Virus record (IMG/VR): IMGVR_UViG_3300037245_001419
Span: 62,001-126,000 of that record
Length of the DNA stretch: 64,000 nt
Reading direction: 5' to 3' (one strand)
The notes beneath the pieces are model-generated. The model made no database searches. It was given only the letters and a program-made list of their open reading frames with translations, and had not been told where the DNA came from. The translations under genes and the position numbers were made by a program. This document shows, in pieces, positions 10,181 through 18,044 of the stretch. Position 1 is the stretch's first letter. Each line of letters opens with the position of its first letter.

Positions 10181-10399
10181 CTACTCCTGTAGTATAAATT
10201 TTCTTATAGTTTCTTCAACCGTCTTTGGGGTAATTACTTCAGTTCCCCATGCTTCATAAGATTGAGTAAGATTTAGGATTATTTTATTATCTTTCCATAA
10301 GGTTAAACCCATGGAGATATTGCAGCATGTACATCCTGGGTTAACCTTATAGGCATACTTGATGTCTTCAACAACTATATCTCGATATTTCTTTTTCAT
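10181..10399 (-). CDS. hypothetical protein
   Basis: 72 aa, overlapping stop/start with its neighbours in the operon. Confidence 0.6.
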   Translation of the reverse strand: MKKKYRDIVVEDIKYAYKVNPGCTCCNISMGLTLWKDNKIILNLTQSYEAWGTEVITPKTVEETIRKFILQE

Positions 10400-10728
10400 C
10401 TTTTTTTCCTCAAAAAGAACATGCAGTACTTAGCAACGACCTCTGACTTACTACGTGAGTGGTTAATGGCATCGCCATATGATACGATCTCACTCATCTT
10501 CTTTAGTTCGCGTTTAGAAGGGGATATCATGGCAATACCTTTCTTACTGTTTTTATATTCAATCCAAGATTCGCACATAGGATTATCACAAATTGTATAG
10601 AAATTTTCAACCGTACTGATATCAATTACTTCTAATAAACAATCTCCATCTTTAGATTGAAATTCATGAATGTCGGTTTCACATACCGGACACTTAGATT
10701 TGTAAGTCACATAGTCATACATTCCCAT
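10396..10728 (-). CDS. Zn-finger-like hypothetical protein with shared C-terminal motif
   Basis: MGMYDYV..CPVC...CDNPMC; C-terminus DAINHSRSKSEVVAKYCMFFLRKKR. Confidence 0.7.
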   Translation of the reverse strand: MGMYDYVTYKSKCPVCETDIHEFQSKDGDCLLEVIDISTVENFYTICDNPMCESWIEYKNSKKGIAMISPSKRELKKMSEIVSYGDAINHSRSKSEVVAKYCMFFLRKKR

Positions 10729-10729
10729 A

Positions 10730-11155
10730 TTATCTTTCCTTTTTAAGATAGTTCCAGCAAAACTCGCTTATGTTTTTGCTTTTGTTTCTAACATTTAATA
10801 TTGCTACTGAGTTAGTAGTAATAAATCTCTTCGCTATAAAGTTTGCCCATCTTCCTTCGGGTCTGTTATCAAAATTGATATCATTGAAGTCACTGAAGTA
10901 TCTTGCATTTCTAATTCGATCACTCATTCTTTTAGATAAGTCATCAGCCTCAAAGTGTATCTTATTTTCAGATTCAAATGATTTGTTATAAGTACATACA
11001 AATCCACAATCTGTACATTCGTGGTGGCTAATATAGTGTGAATGCAGCGGTCTTCCTCTCATTGATGATATAGATTCTATTTTATATCTAATCTTCTTTT
11101 TGCAATATATACATGCAGAGCTTACGGTGTGTTTGGATTTATTTACTACTAGCAT
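10730..11155 (-). CDS. Zn-finger-like hypothetical protein with shared C-terminal motif
   Basis: CIYC...CTDC; C-terminus VAILNVRNKSKNISEFCWNYLKKER. Confidence 0.7.
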   Translation of the reverse strand: MLVVNKSKHTVSSACIYCKKKIRYKIESISSMRGRPLHSHYISHHECTDCGFVCTYNKSFESENKIHFEADDLSKRMSDRIRNARYFSDFNDINFDNRPEGRWANFIAKRFITTNSVAILNVRNKSKNISEFCWNYLKKER

Positions 11156-11158
11156 ACC

Positions 11159-11287
11159 TTATTCTATTTTAACGTGAGAAAATAACCATATAATTATTTC
11201 TACAATTTTCCATATGCCGAACGGTACGAAGCATAGGCACACGAAAAACATTTTTATCAATCCGCTGATTGCATATTCTAAATACAT
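11159..11287 (-). CDS. 42-aa membrane peptide (not in the ORF track)
   Basis: AGGAG RBS then MYLEYAISGLIKMFFVCLCFVPFGIWKIVEIIIWLFSHVKIE*; fills the gap between its neighbours. Confidence 0.7.
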   Translation of the reverse strand: MYLEYAISGLIKMFFVCLCFVPFGIWKIVEIIIWLFSHVKIE

Positions 11288-11751
11288 TTTCTCTCCTTGT
11301 CACTCTTGAGGAAGGCCCAACAATAATCACGGACTTTTTTAGACTCGTGTTTAGAGTGGAGTAGCGCATCTGCATTAGATATGATTAATTTATTCAATAA
11401 AAAATCTGTCCATATTGCATAATGACCTTTGTCAAGATTGTGTTTATGATAGAAGGTAAGTGTTTTGCCTTCATCTATAGATGTTATAACTTGATTGGTG
11501 TAGTGTGAAGTTACGTACATGCCATATTCATTTTCTATGTACGACAAGTCAAGTTCAATAATGAAATGACAAAGGGGGCATGGTTGTTGAATATGGAACT
11601 CTACATGATGATGCTCTGGATTTTGTTCTACGCCAGGTCGTCTTTCTACATCACTGGTTTTTTCGCAGTACGGACAATTGAGGTATAACATACTTGAGTT
11701 AAGTATCATTACGCCTCCTGGCTTCAACGAATATGTTTTAAAATCTTCCAT
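11278..11751 (-). CDS. Zn-finger-like hypothetical protein with shared C-terminal motif
   Basis: CPYC...CPLC; C-terminus DALLHSKHESKKVRDYCWAFLKSDKERK. Confidence 0.7.
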   Translation of the reverse strand: MEDFKTYSLKPGGVMILNSSMLYLNCPYCEKTSDVERRPGVEQNPEHHHVEFHIQQPCPLCHFIIELDLSYIENEYGMYVTSHYTNQVITSIDEGKTLTFYHKHNLDKGHYAIWTDFLLNKLIISNADALLHSKHESKKVRDYCWAFLKSDKERKCI

Positions 11752-11852
11752 TATTTCAATAGTTCCATTATATCTTCAAACAACAAACGGTATCCTGGGT
11801 ATGTAAGACCCAGGAGTAGTGCCGTAAGAATGAATAGCAAGCACCTAATCAT
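11751..11852 (-). CDS. 33-aa hydrophobic peptide (not in the ORF track)
   Basis: MIRCLLFILTALLLGLTYPGYRLLFEDIMELLK*; ATGA overlap with the gp55 stop and TAATG overlap with the next start. Confidence 0.6.
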   Translation of the reverse strand: MIRCLLFILTALLLGLTYPGYRLLFEDIMELLK

Positions 11853-12403
11853 TCCCAGTCGTCCAACATTATAATGTTATCAGATCTGTCAAGGTTCTCT
11901 ATGTAGAACAGTGATGTAAAAGTGCTCATATTCTTGTTGTTCTTATTAATGTTCTGTAAGAATGCATTAAAGGCTATCTGAGTGAAGTATGCGAAAGGGT
12001 TGCTTCTGTCTGTATCATATCTGTCAATGTAAATGCACATGAAGTATACTCCATCACTGACCATTGTATCTTTTCTGAGTGGGTCATAATTAATGAAGTT
12101 GGGTTTCTTCAGAATACCATCACAGATAAGTAGAAAAAATCTACCTAGCTTATTTTTAAGTATGTCGAGTTTCTTAATTCTCATATCTTGCTGTTCAGGT
12201 GTCTCATCTGCAACTAATTTGATTCGTCTTTTGTGAAGTTTTTTTCTTCTTTCAAGAAATTTCTTCTGCGTATCGTCTTTAGCTTTCTTTTTACTGAACC
12301 AGTCGGTGGTATCATAGTTAAGAATTTGATATTCTTTTAGCATTTCTAGGAAGGTTGCATTATCTATGTATCCTTTTTTAGGTTGTTTTTTCTCTTTAGC
12401 CAT
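11849..12403 (-). CDS. gp55: late-transcription sigma factor
   Basis: YIDNATFL, KKPNFINY, DTMVSDG and SNPFAYFTQIAFNAFL motifs. Confidence 0.93.
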   Translation of the reverse strand: MAKEKKQPKKGYIDNATFLEMLKEYQILNYDTTDWFSKKKAKDDTQKKFLERRKKLHKRRIKLVADETPEQQDMRIKKLDILKNKLGRFFLLICDGILKKPNFINYDPLRKDTMVSDGVYFMCIYIDRYDTDRSNPFAYFTQIAFNAFLQNINKNNKNMSTFTSLFYIENLDRSDNIIMLDDWE

Positions 12404-12418
12404 ATAGCTCCCAGGAAA

Positions 12419-14167
12419 TTAAATGTCAGTTCTCACAGTGGAGAAGCCATTCTCTTTCTCTATTCTCAATTTTTTAGCAAACAAGTCTTTACTATGGAGT
12501 CTGTGTGAAATCACATAGATGCATAAGCTCGGATTGCTGTATATCAGATTCTGTAAAGATTCTAATATTTTTTGTAGTCCATCATTATCTGTAGAAGAGT
12601 CCAGGACTTCATCAAGGAATAAAATGTTACATCTCCAATTTGCTATATCTTTCATGATCTGGATAAAGCTAAACATAATACTAAGGTCTATTCTCTTCTG
12701 CTCACCTGCACTAAATGACATGTAGCTGATAGGTTTACGATTAATCATGTTCTCGATGCTCTCTACCATCATATCATCAAACTTAAGTGATACGGGCAAG
12801 GCAAACAGATTAATGTACTCATTGATCTTAGCGTTTAAATTTGGGAGGAACTTTTTGTATAGATATGATTTTATTCCATTGTCAGATAGTACTTCTATCG
12901 ATTTTGTATTTATTTCAATTTTCTTTAACAGGTCTGTATTTATTTCTTTCAGGTTATCTCTTTCTTGCTCTTTTAAACTGAAGTCTTTTCGGAAGGATTC
13001 GATATCTGTGTCAAATTTATCTTTTCCAATGGTTTTATATCGATCCTGGGCAGACTTTAGTTTTTCTGTATTATGCTTTAGATCAGAATCAATCTGAAGC
13101 AAACGGGTCTCTATCTTTCGTTTCTTGTTTTCTTTATCGGTTTCAGTGTTTATATCGGATGATAATTTAACGATAAGGGTTTTTAGTATCTCAATCTCAC
13201 ATCCAAAAGTGATGTTATTAACTTCAAACTCTTCTTTATGTTTGAGTTTATGGTCTTCATCTATCTCTGACTGACAGTGAGGGCAGGTGCTATTATCATC
13301 AAGTAGCGCAATGTCCCTATTGTTTTTATTAATAGAGTTTTGATATTCTGAAATCTTTGCTGATGCTTTAGCTTTATCGTTTATCAGGGTGTCTTTTCCG
13401 GCCAGGATAAGGGTGCTCAGAAGCTCTTCTCCTTTATTCCGACCATTGGTACAGTTAAGTATTTGCGCTTCACACAGGTCTATCTCTGCCTGAATTTCCT
13501 TTAGGTTGCGCTCTTGATTCTTATCGAAGTTCTCTTCTAGAGTTTCAAGCTGATGAATATACTTCTTGGTGCTTTCAATACCGGACTCAGCTGAGAGAAA
13601 AGAAGATTTGTTTAGCTTATGATCAACCTCTACACCTTTTTGCCTGTTCTTAATTTCGGCCAAAATCTTGGAGACGATGCCGATCTGGAATATGTTTTCT
13701 ACCAAATCCCGTTTTTTGTTTTTAGGTAGGATAAGAAAGGGTTCATTATAATTTATTGCTAAACAAATTACTTCTTTGAATAAAGCGAAGTCAATGCCCA
13801 GGATATTATCTATCTCGATCTGTGTCTTGGCAGTGGAAGGTAATTCATCTTGCTCAACCGTGTTCTTATAAACTTTTAAGACTTTGGGTTTAAGTCCTCT
13901 GACGATACGATACTCATCACCGTTAGCTACAAATGTGACTTCAGTAAGTAGATTCTTCTTATTTTTACGGTTGATTAGCTCATCGAGTTTAATTTTACGA
14001 TAAGTTTGACCGAACAAACAAAAGGACAGGGCATCAAGTATTGAACTCTTACCTTGCCCATTCATACCGACAATCTGATTCAACCCTGAGGTAAAATCTA
14101 TAACGGTCTCATTCTTCCCATAACTGAGAATATTCTTAAACTTCAAATTTAGAAAATCTACAAACAT
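12419..14167 (-). CDS. gp46: Rad50/SbcC-like recombination ATPase subunit
   Basis: Walker A GMNGQGKS, coiled coil with CPHC zinc hook, signature FSAGE and Walker B/D-loop LDEVLDS. ATG at 14167 (MFVDF) preferred over the upstream TTG at 14215. Confidence 0.95.
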   Translation of the reverse strand: MFVDFLNLKFKNILSYGKNETVIDFTSGLNQIVGMNGQGKSSILDALSFCLFGQTYRKIKLDELINRKNKKNLLTEVTFVANGDEYRIVRGLKPKVLKVYKNTVEQDELPSTAKTQIEIDNILGIDFALFKEVICLAINYNEPFLILPKNKKRDLVENIFQIGIVSKILAEIKNRQKGVEVDHKLNKSSFLSAESGIESTKKYIHQLETLEENFDKNQERNLKEIQAEIDLCEAQILNCTNGRNKGEELLSTLILAGKDTLINDKAKASAKISEYQNSINKNNRDIALLDDNSTCPHCQSEIDEDHKLKHKEEFEVNNITFGCEIEILKTLIVKLSSDINTETDKENKKRKIETRLLQIDSDLKHNTEKLKSAQDRYKTIGKDKFDTDIESFRKDFSLKEQERDNLKEINTDLLKKIEINTKSIEVLSDNGIKSYLYKKFLPNLNAKINEYINLFALPVSLKFDDMMVESIENMINRKPISYMSFSAGEQKRIDLSIMFSFIQIMKDIANWRCNILFLDEVLDSSTDNDGLQKILESLQNLIYSNPSLCIYVISHRLHSKDLFAKKLRIEKENGFSTVRTDI

Positions 14168-14425
14168 AACACTCACAACTTTGATTTCTGATTTAACGAT
14201 TGCTGCTATTTCCAAGACTCGTCCGAATGTTGATTTACCGAATCCAAGCTCTTCGCTCAGATTGATTCAACTAGTGAACACGACACCAATAGTCTGTCCT
14301 TGAAGAAATCTTGTGAAACTAAAGTCGCTCCTCTAAAGTCATATTGTCGTTTTCTACTTGCGCAAAAAAGATATGGTCAGTTTTGGATATGAACAGTAGC
14401 ACCACAAGTGCTTAATCATTTATTA

Positions 14426-14454
14426 ATTATACATAAAATTTATGTAAAAGTCAA
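14426..14454 (-). promoter_or_regulatory. sigma70-like promoter TTGACT-N17-TATAAT with a palindromic spacer
   Basis: Reverse strand TTGACT tttacataaattttatg TATAAT; points into the gp46-gp55-gp47 operon. Confidence 0.75.
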
Positions 14455-14486
14455 TGTGTATGGATAAAATACATAAAATTTATGTA
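14430..14486. repeat. two identical 17-bp near-palindromes TACATAAAATTTATGTA
   Basis: Copies at 14430-14446 and 14470-14486, 40 bp apart. Confidence 0.85.
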
Positions 14487-14490
14487 CCGA

Positions 14491-14795
14491 TGTAATTATT
14501 ACACATCATATTCCAGATCTCATGAGTAGGTGTAATATCATGAACCGTTATTCCTATTGGGCTAGGGGCGATATTTTTCATATATTACAATATTACATGT
14601 AATTCCGCACCTATAGCCATATATCAGTATACCTATTATCTCTTAATTATCTACCTCTCTATAGTAAGTATATAATATATAATAAGTAATATTGTAATAT
14701 ATAATATAATATATAATCTATACTATATTCTATAAGGGATTTAAGCATTACAAATCATATTACAAAAATAAAAATATTACATTACAATTTGTAAT
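14491..14795. other. candidate replication origin or iteron-like array (ATTACA/TGTAAT) with an AT-only tract
   Basis: 12 copies of ATTACA/TGTAAT counted, several as inverted pairs; TATAAT-rich tract at about 14670-14720; no ORF. Confidence 0.5.
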
Positions 14796-14896
14796 CTTCG
14801 ATTTTAAGCCTTCGGCTCAAAAAACACAAGTAGATATAAGAGAGTATATAAATTATATTAAAAAGGGGTGGCAGGGAGGAAAAGATATTATATTAA

Positions 14897-15172
14897 ATGT
14901 ACACGATAATTAAAACGGGGAAACTAAGAATGAGAAAAATATTAACTGAAGTATACGGAGAGCTGTTATTTGCGGACGGGTTCGACGATGCTATCATAGG
15001 AGTCCATACAGGCTCACCAGCGAGACTTATCTATTCAGTGACCAAGTGCCTTGCCATCTTAAAAGAGGGCGGTATGGACACCGAGGAGGCCATAGAATAC
15101 TTTGATTTCAATGTCGAAGGATCATACGTAGGTGAGCAGACTCCAATATGGTCGGAAGATTTTTATATTTAA
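14897..15172 (+). CDS. conserved phage hypothetical protein
   Basis: ADGFDDAIIG...YSVTKC...GMDTEEAIEYFDFNVEGSYVGEQTP, a pattern I recognise from many phages. The start may be at 14930. Confidence 0.75.
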   Translation: MYTIIKTGKLRMRKILTEVYGELLFADGFDDAIIGVHTGSPARLIYSVTKCLAILKEGGMDTEEAIEYFDFNVEGSYVGEQTPIWSEDFYI

Positions 15173-15179
15173 AAAGAAA

Positions 15180-15217
15180 AAAGTAAAAGCAGACTCAATC
15201 GAATCTGCTTTTACTTT
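15180..15217. terminator. bidirectional intrinsic terminator
   Basis: 14-bp perfect stem AAAGTAAAAGCAGA/TCTGCTTTTACTTT between convergent genes. Confidence 0.8.
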
Positions 15218-15247
15218 AGTTGAAATTATAATTACTACCCTACTACA

Positions 15248-17386
15248 TCAAGAGAAGTCTATACTGTGATCTTCGAATACAACATCTCTTTCTAAAGATG
15301 GCTCTACTTGCCCCTCTTCTAACACGTATGGTATGCCATCAAACCTCTGAGTCTTACCATCAACCAGTATAGGTTTACCTGTTACAAACCCCTCTAAGCG
15401 TGAAATAATAGGTCTGTGTGACTCGTACCCATAGATGGAAAAGATATTATGCAATGATTGGTTGTTAATTCTAAACCATAGGAAGTTATCCTTATACATT
15501 AAACCATTCGTTAGTAATGTATCTTTAATCATATTACCATCTACACTAGATCCTGTCTCATTGGTGATGAGTTTATATAGCCACCCCCTGATAGAAGACT
15601 CATTACCTCGTATATTCAATGGGTGATCCATGAATTTCTGCATAGTATCAGCAAAGCAATCTATTTCTTCTATTGTTTTCTGTGTATCAGTAGTAAAATC
15701 TATAGTACCTATCAACTCTTCCGCACTCTGGGGGGTAATAATATCATCATGGCGTAGGTGGTATAGGCCGGATAGTGGTAACATAAGTTTGCGTGCATTA
15801 CGTGAAGTAACATCTGGGAACAGTTTTCTAAAGGCTTCCTCTAGTATAGCTGCAGATTCAAGGAATTCCTTATGTATCTTTGCGGCTCTCTTCATGATTT
15901 TAAGACCTAACTTGGGAGTAAAGTGATCAAGTAGGGTACTTTCTATCTTAGAGTTCTCGTTTTCAAGCTTCTCTAACTCCACTATGTTGAATCTATCCTT
16001 ATCCTGTACATCTTTAGCAGGGAACATGGTAGCATTGGTGATGAAAAAGCAGTCTAATGATATTTTATTAGCCTTCCCACCACTAGTACCCTTGATAATA
16101 ACACCATCTTTACCCGATGCAGCTGCCCTTGCAAGCTCTAGTATACCATCAATCTTACTACGACCATGTTCACCAGTCGATTTGAACTCATCGAACAGTA
16201 ATACATTAGCCCTATTCTTATATTCTTGCTGTATACCTGCAGCTGATGTAGCATTCAATGCCACCTTATTCTTGAAAACATTGAATAAAGGACGTAGCAT
16301 GTTGTTAGCAACCGTAGATTTACCAGAACCATTAACCCCACCTATGTGTAGGTATGGTCTCCAACTCAATATACCAGTGAGAAACGCAGGAATTATTGTA
16401 CCCATCACTATCATCTTATCTTTATTAGTCTTAAAGTTAAACATATCGAAGTATGTTTCCATTTTGTCTACTTCTTCAGGGGTTATAGAGTCACCTTCCC
16501 ATGATATTTTATGGTCAAAGTCATAGAAGTGTTCACCCCTATACTCATATATCTCTTTTTCTTCACCATCCACCAGTAATTTATCACCTAAGTGTACTAC
16601 CAATTTACCATTATCTTCCCATATACCGTTTCTTTTACCATTAGATATATCTATCTTGCCCTTGCTATCACATATATTCCGTAGTTCATCACACGCAAAC
16701 TCCCAGTCGATGATCTGTTTAGGGTCTGAACTGGGGTAGTAGTACTCCCAAAAGTCATTCTGGGAACACAATACCTTAAGCATGTTCTTATTAACCCTCT
16801 CGAATGGTATACCTACAAATGAATTCTTAGTCTTTGAATAGAATAGGTACTCTTTTTTATCCATATCAAAGCCCATAGGTACTACATAGCTTAGCTTTTT
16901 CTTATAGTTAATCTTCATAAATGCTATAGGGTTCAAGAACCTACCCTTATTCTCCTGCACATAGAAGTCATCTTTCATAGGGTGTTCGAAATAAGTATCA
17001 AGCCTTATGTCCTCATCCCCAAAACCATCCATCAGTATATCATTTAACGAGTTAAATATAATGGAACTAGACAAAGGTCTATCTAAAGGAACAAGCATAT
17101 TATAATTAATGTTATCATTACCCTCAAAGACCATAAAATTATATTCATGGAAGAATGTAACCAATCTATCCTTAACCTGTTTATTAAAGACAATCATCAG
17201 AACATCCATAGTCCTAAAGTCGTAGTGCTTAATATTATCAAGCTTAGTACCGAAGCTTAGCAGAATCTCAGTTGCATTGCGACACTTTAGTTTTTCGACT
17301 ATTTGATACCATTGTAGTTTTTCATTTGCGTTGTCTGGATCGATCAACCCGTCCGGTTGAGTAACAATAAAATTAATATTTTCCAT
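15248..17386 (-). CDS. primase-associated-type P-loop helicase, with a possibly degenerate prim-pol N-terminus
   Basis: Walker A GVNGSGKST, Walker B LLFDE, DKDRF arginine-finger-like motif, and GIWEDNGKLVVHLGDKLLVDG as in phage primase-helicase C-terminal halves. Confidence 0.6.
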   Translation of the reverse strand: MENINFIVTQPDGLIDPDNANEKLQWYQIVEKLKCRNATEILLSFGTKLDNIKHYDFRTMDVLMIVFNKQVKDRLVTFFHEYNFMVFEGNDNINYNMLVPLDRPLSSSIIFNSLNDILMDGFGDEDIRLDTYFEHPMKDDFYVQENKGRFLNPIAFMKINYKKKLSYVVPMGFDMDKKEYLFYSKTKNSFVGIPFERVNKNMLKVLCSQNDFWEYYYPSSDPKQIIDWEFACDELRNICDSKGKIDISNGKRNGIWEDNGKLVVHLGDKLLVDGEEKEIYEYRGEHFYDFDHKISWEGDSITPEEVDKMETYFDMFNFKTNKDKMIVMGTIIPAFLTGILSWRPYLHIGGVNGSGKSTVANNMLRPLFNVFKNKVALNATSAAGIQQEYKNRANVLLFDEFKSTGEHGRSKIDGILELARAAASGKDGVIIKGTSGGKANKISLDCFFITNATMFPAKDVQDKDRFNIVELEKLENENSKIESTLLDHFTPKLGLKIMKRAAKIHKEFLESAAILEEAFRKLFPDVTSRNARKLMLPLSGLYHLRHDDIITPQSAEELIGTIDFTTDTQKTIEEIDCFADTMQKFMDHPLNIRGNESSIRGWLYKLITNETGSSVDGNMIKDTLLTNGLMYKDNFLWFRINNQSLHNIFSIYGYESHRPIISRLEGFVTGKPILVDGKTQRFDGIPYVLEEGQVEPSLERDVVFEDHSIDFS

Positions 17387-17523
17387 AAAGATCCTTGAGG
17401 GCAGAGTTCAACTAAAGTATATCACATTTTTGTATTATACATTATATTAACAGAATATTCAAGACTTAATATATTTTAGGGACTCTTTTACTCAATTAAT
17501 ATATAATAGTAACAGGAGTGCAT

Positions 17524-17955
17524 ATGACAATACCTAGAAGCATGACATTGAATGAATTCGTAAAAATAAAGAATAGGGCTAAAGAAGACATCAGTTTTAC
17601 AGATGAAAACTACCATATGAAGACAATTGAGATACCGAGACTACTTCAGTTTTACACAAACGCATGTCTAAATGAGAGAAGAACCTACAGCCATTATGAG
17701 GAAGAGAAGAGTAGAGTATACAAAAAAATCTACAATTACTACAAGTTCGATGCTCCATGTGAGTGGTCAAATCAGACAGAACTAAAAATTCAAGCTGAAG
17801 GCGATGAAGACTATCTTAAAGTCGTTCGAGAATTGGAATTCCTACAACTTAAAGTTGAATTTCTTGATAGTTGTGTAAAGAACATCCAGACCATGAGCTA
17901 TTCATTGCGCCAGTATCACGACATCAAGCTATTCAAAAATGGCATGATTAAATAA
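17524..17955 (+). CDS. uvsY: recombination mediator UvsY
   Basis: Helical ~143 aa with IPRL..FY, YNYYK, GDEDY, VEFLDSCVKNIQ and KLFKNG; AGGAG RBS before ATG 17524; near uvsW. Confidence 0.8.
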   Translation: MTIPRSMTLNEFVKIKNRAKEDISFTDENYHMKTIEIPRLLQFYTNACLNERRTYSHYEEEKSRVYKKIYNYYKFDAPCEWSNQTELKIQAEGDEDYLKVVRELEFLQLKVEFLDSCVKNIQTMSYSLRQYHDIKLFKNGMIK

Positions 17956-17989
17956 GAAACCAAAAAAATTCAAAAAAAATCGTAGAATT

Positions 17990-17997
17990 TATAAATA
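17990..17997 (+). promoter_or_regulatory. T4-type late promoter TATAAATA
   Basis: Exact motif 48 nt upstream of the 18045 start; gp55 is present in the window. Confidence 0.7.
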
Positions 17998-18044
17998 ATT
18001 TAAAATTACACCCCAATTTTTGTTTTATATTTTAGGAGAATACA

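Noticed and set aside
11169-11375. 68-aa ORF in the track
   Set aside because: It overlaps the 11278..11751 gene out of frame. The gap is better explained by the RBS-supported 42-aa ORF at 11159..11287.
14168-14266. In-frame extension upstream of gp46 reading INLSEELGFGKSTFGRVLEIAA, which looks like a helix-turn-helix
   Set aside because: It is bounded by TGA with further in-frame stops upstream and has no start or RBS. I cannot support recoding or a frameshift, so it is treated only as part of the non-coding leader finding.
14430-14795. Repeats as a possible CRISPR or mini-array
   Set aside because: The repeats are 6-17 bp, irregularly spaced and in both orientations, with no constant-length spacers and no cas genes.
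17400-17517. Divergent sigma70 promoters for the 712-aa gene and uvsY
   Set aside because: TATAAT/TATACT hexamers are present, but no -35 element at 17 +/- 1 nt spacing, and such hexamers arise easily in AT-rich DNA.
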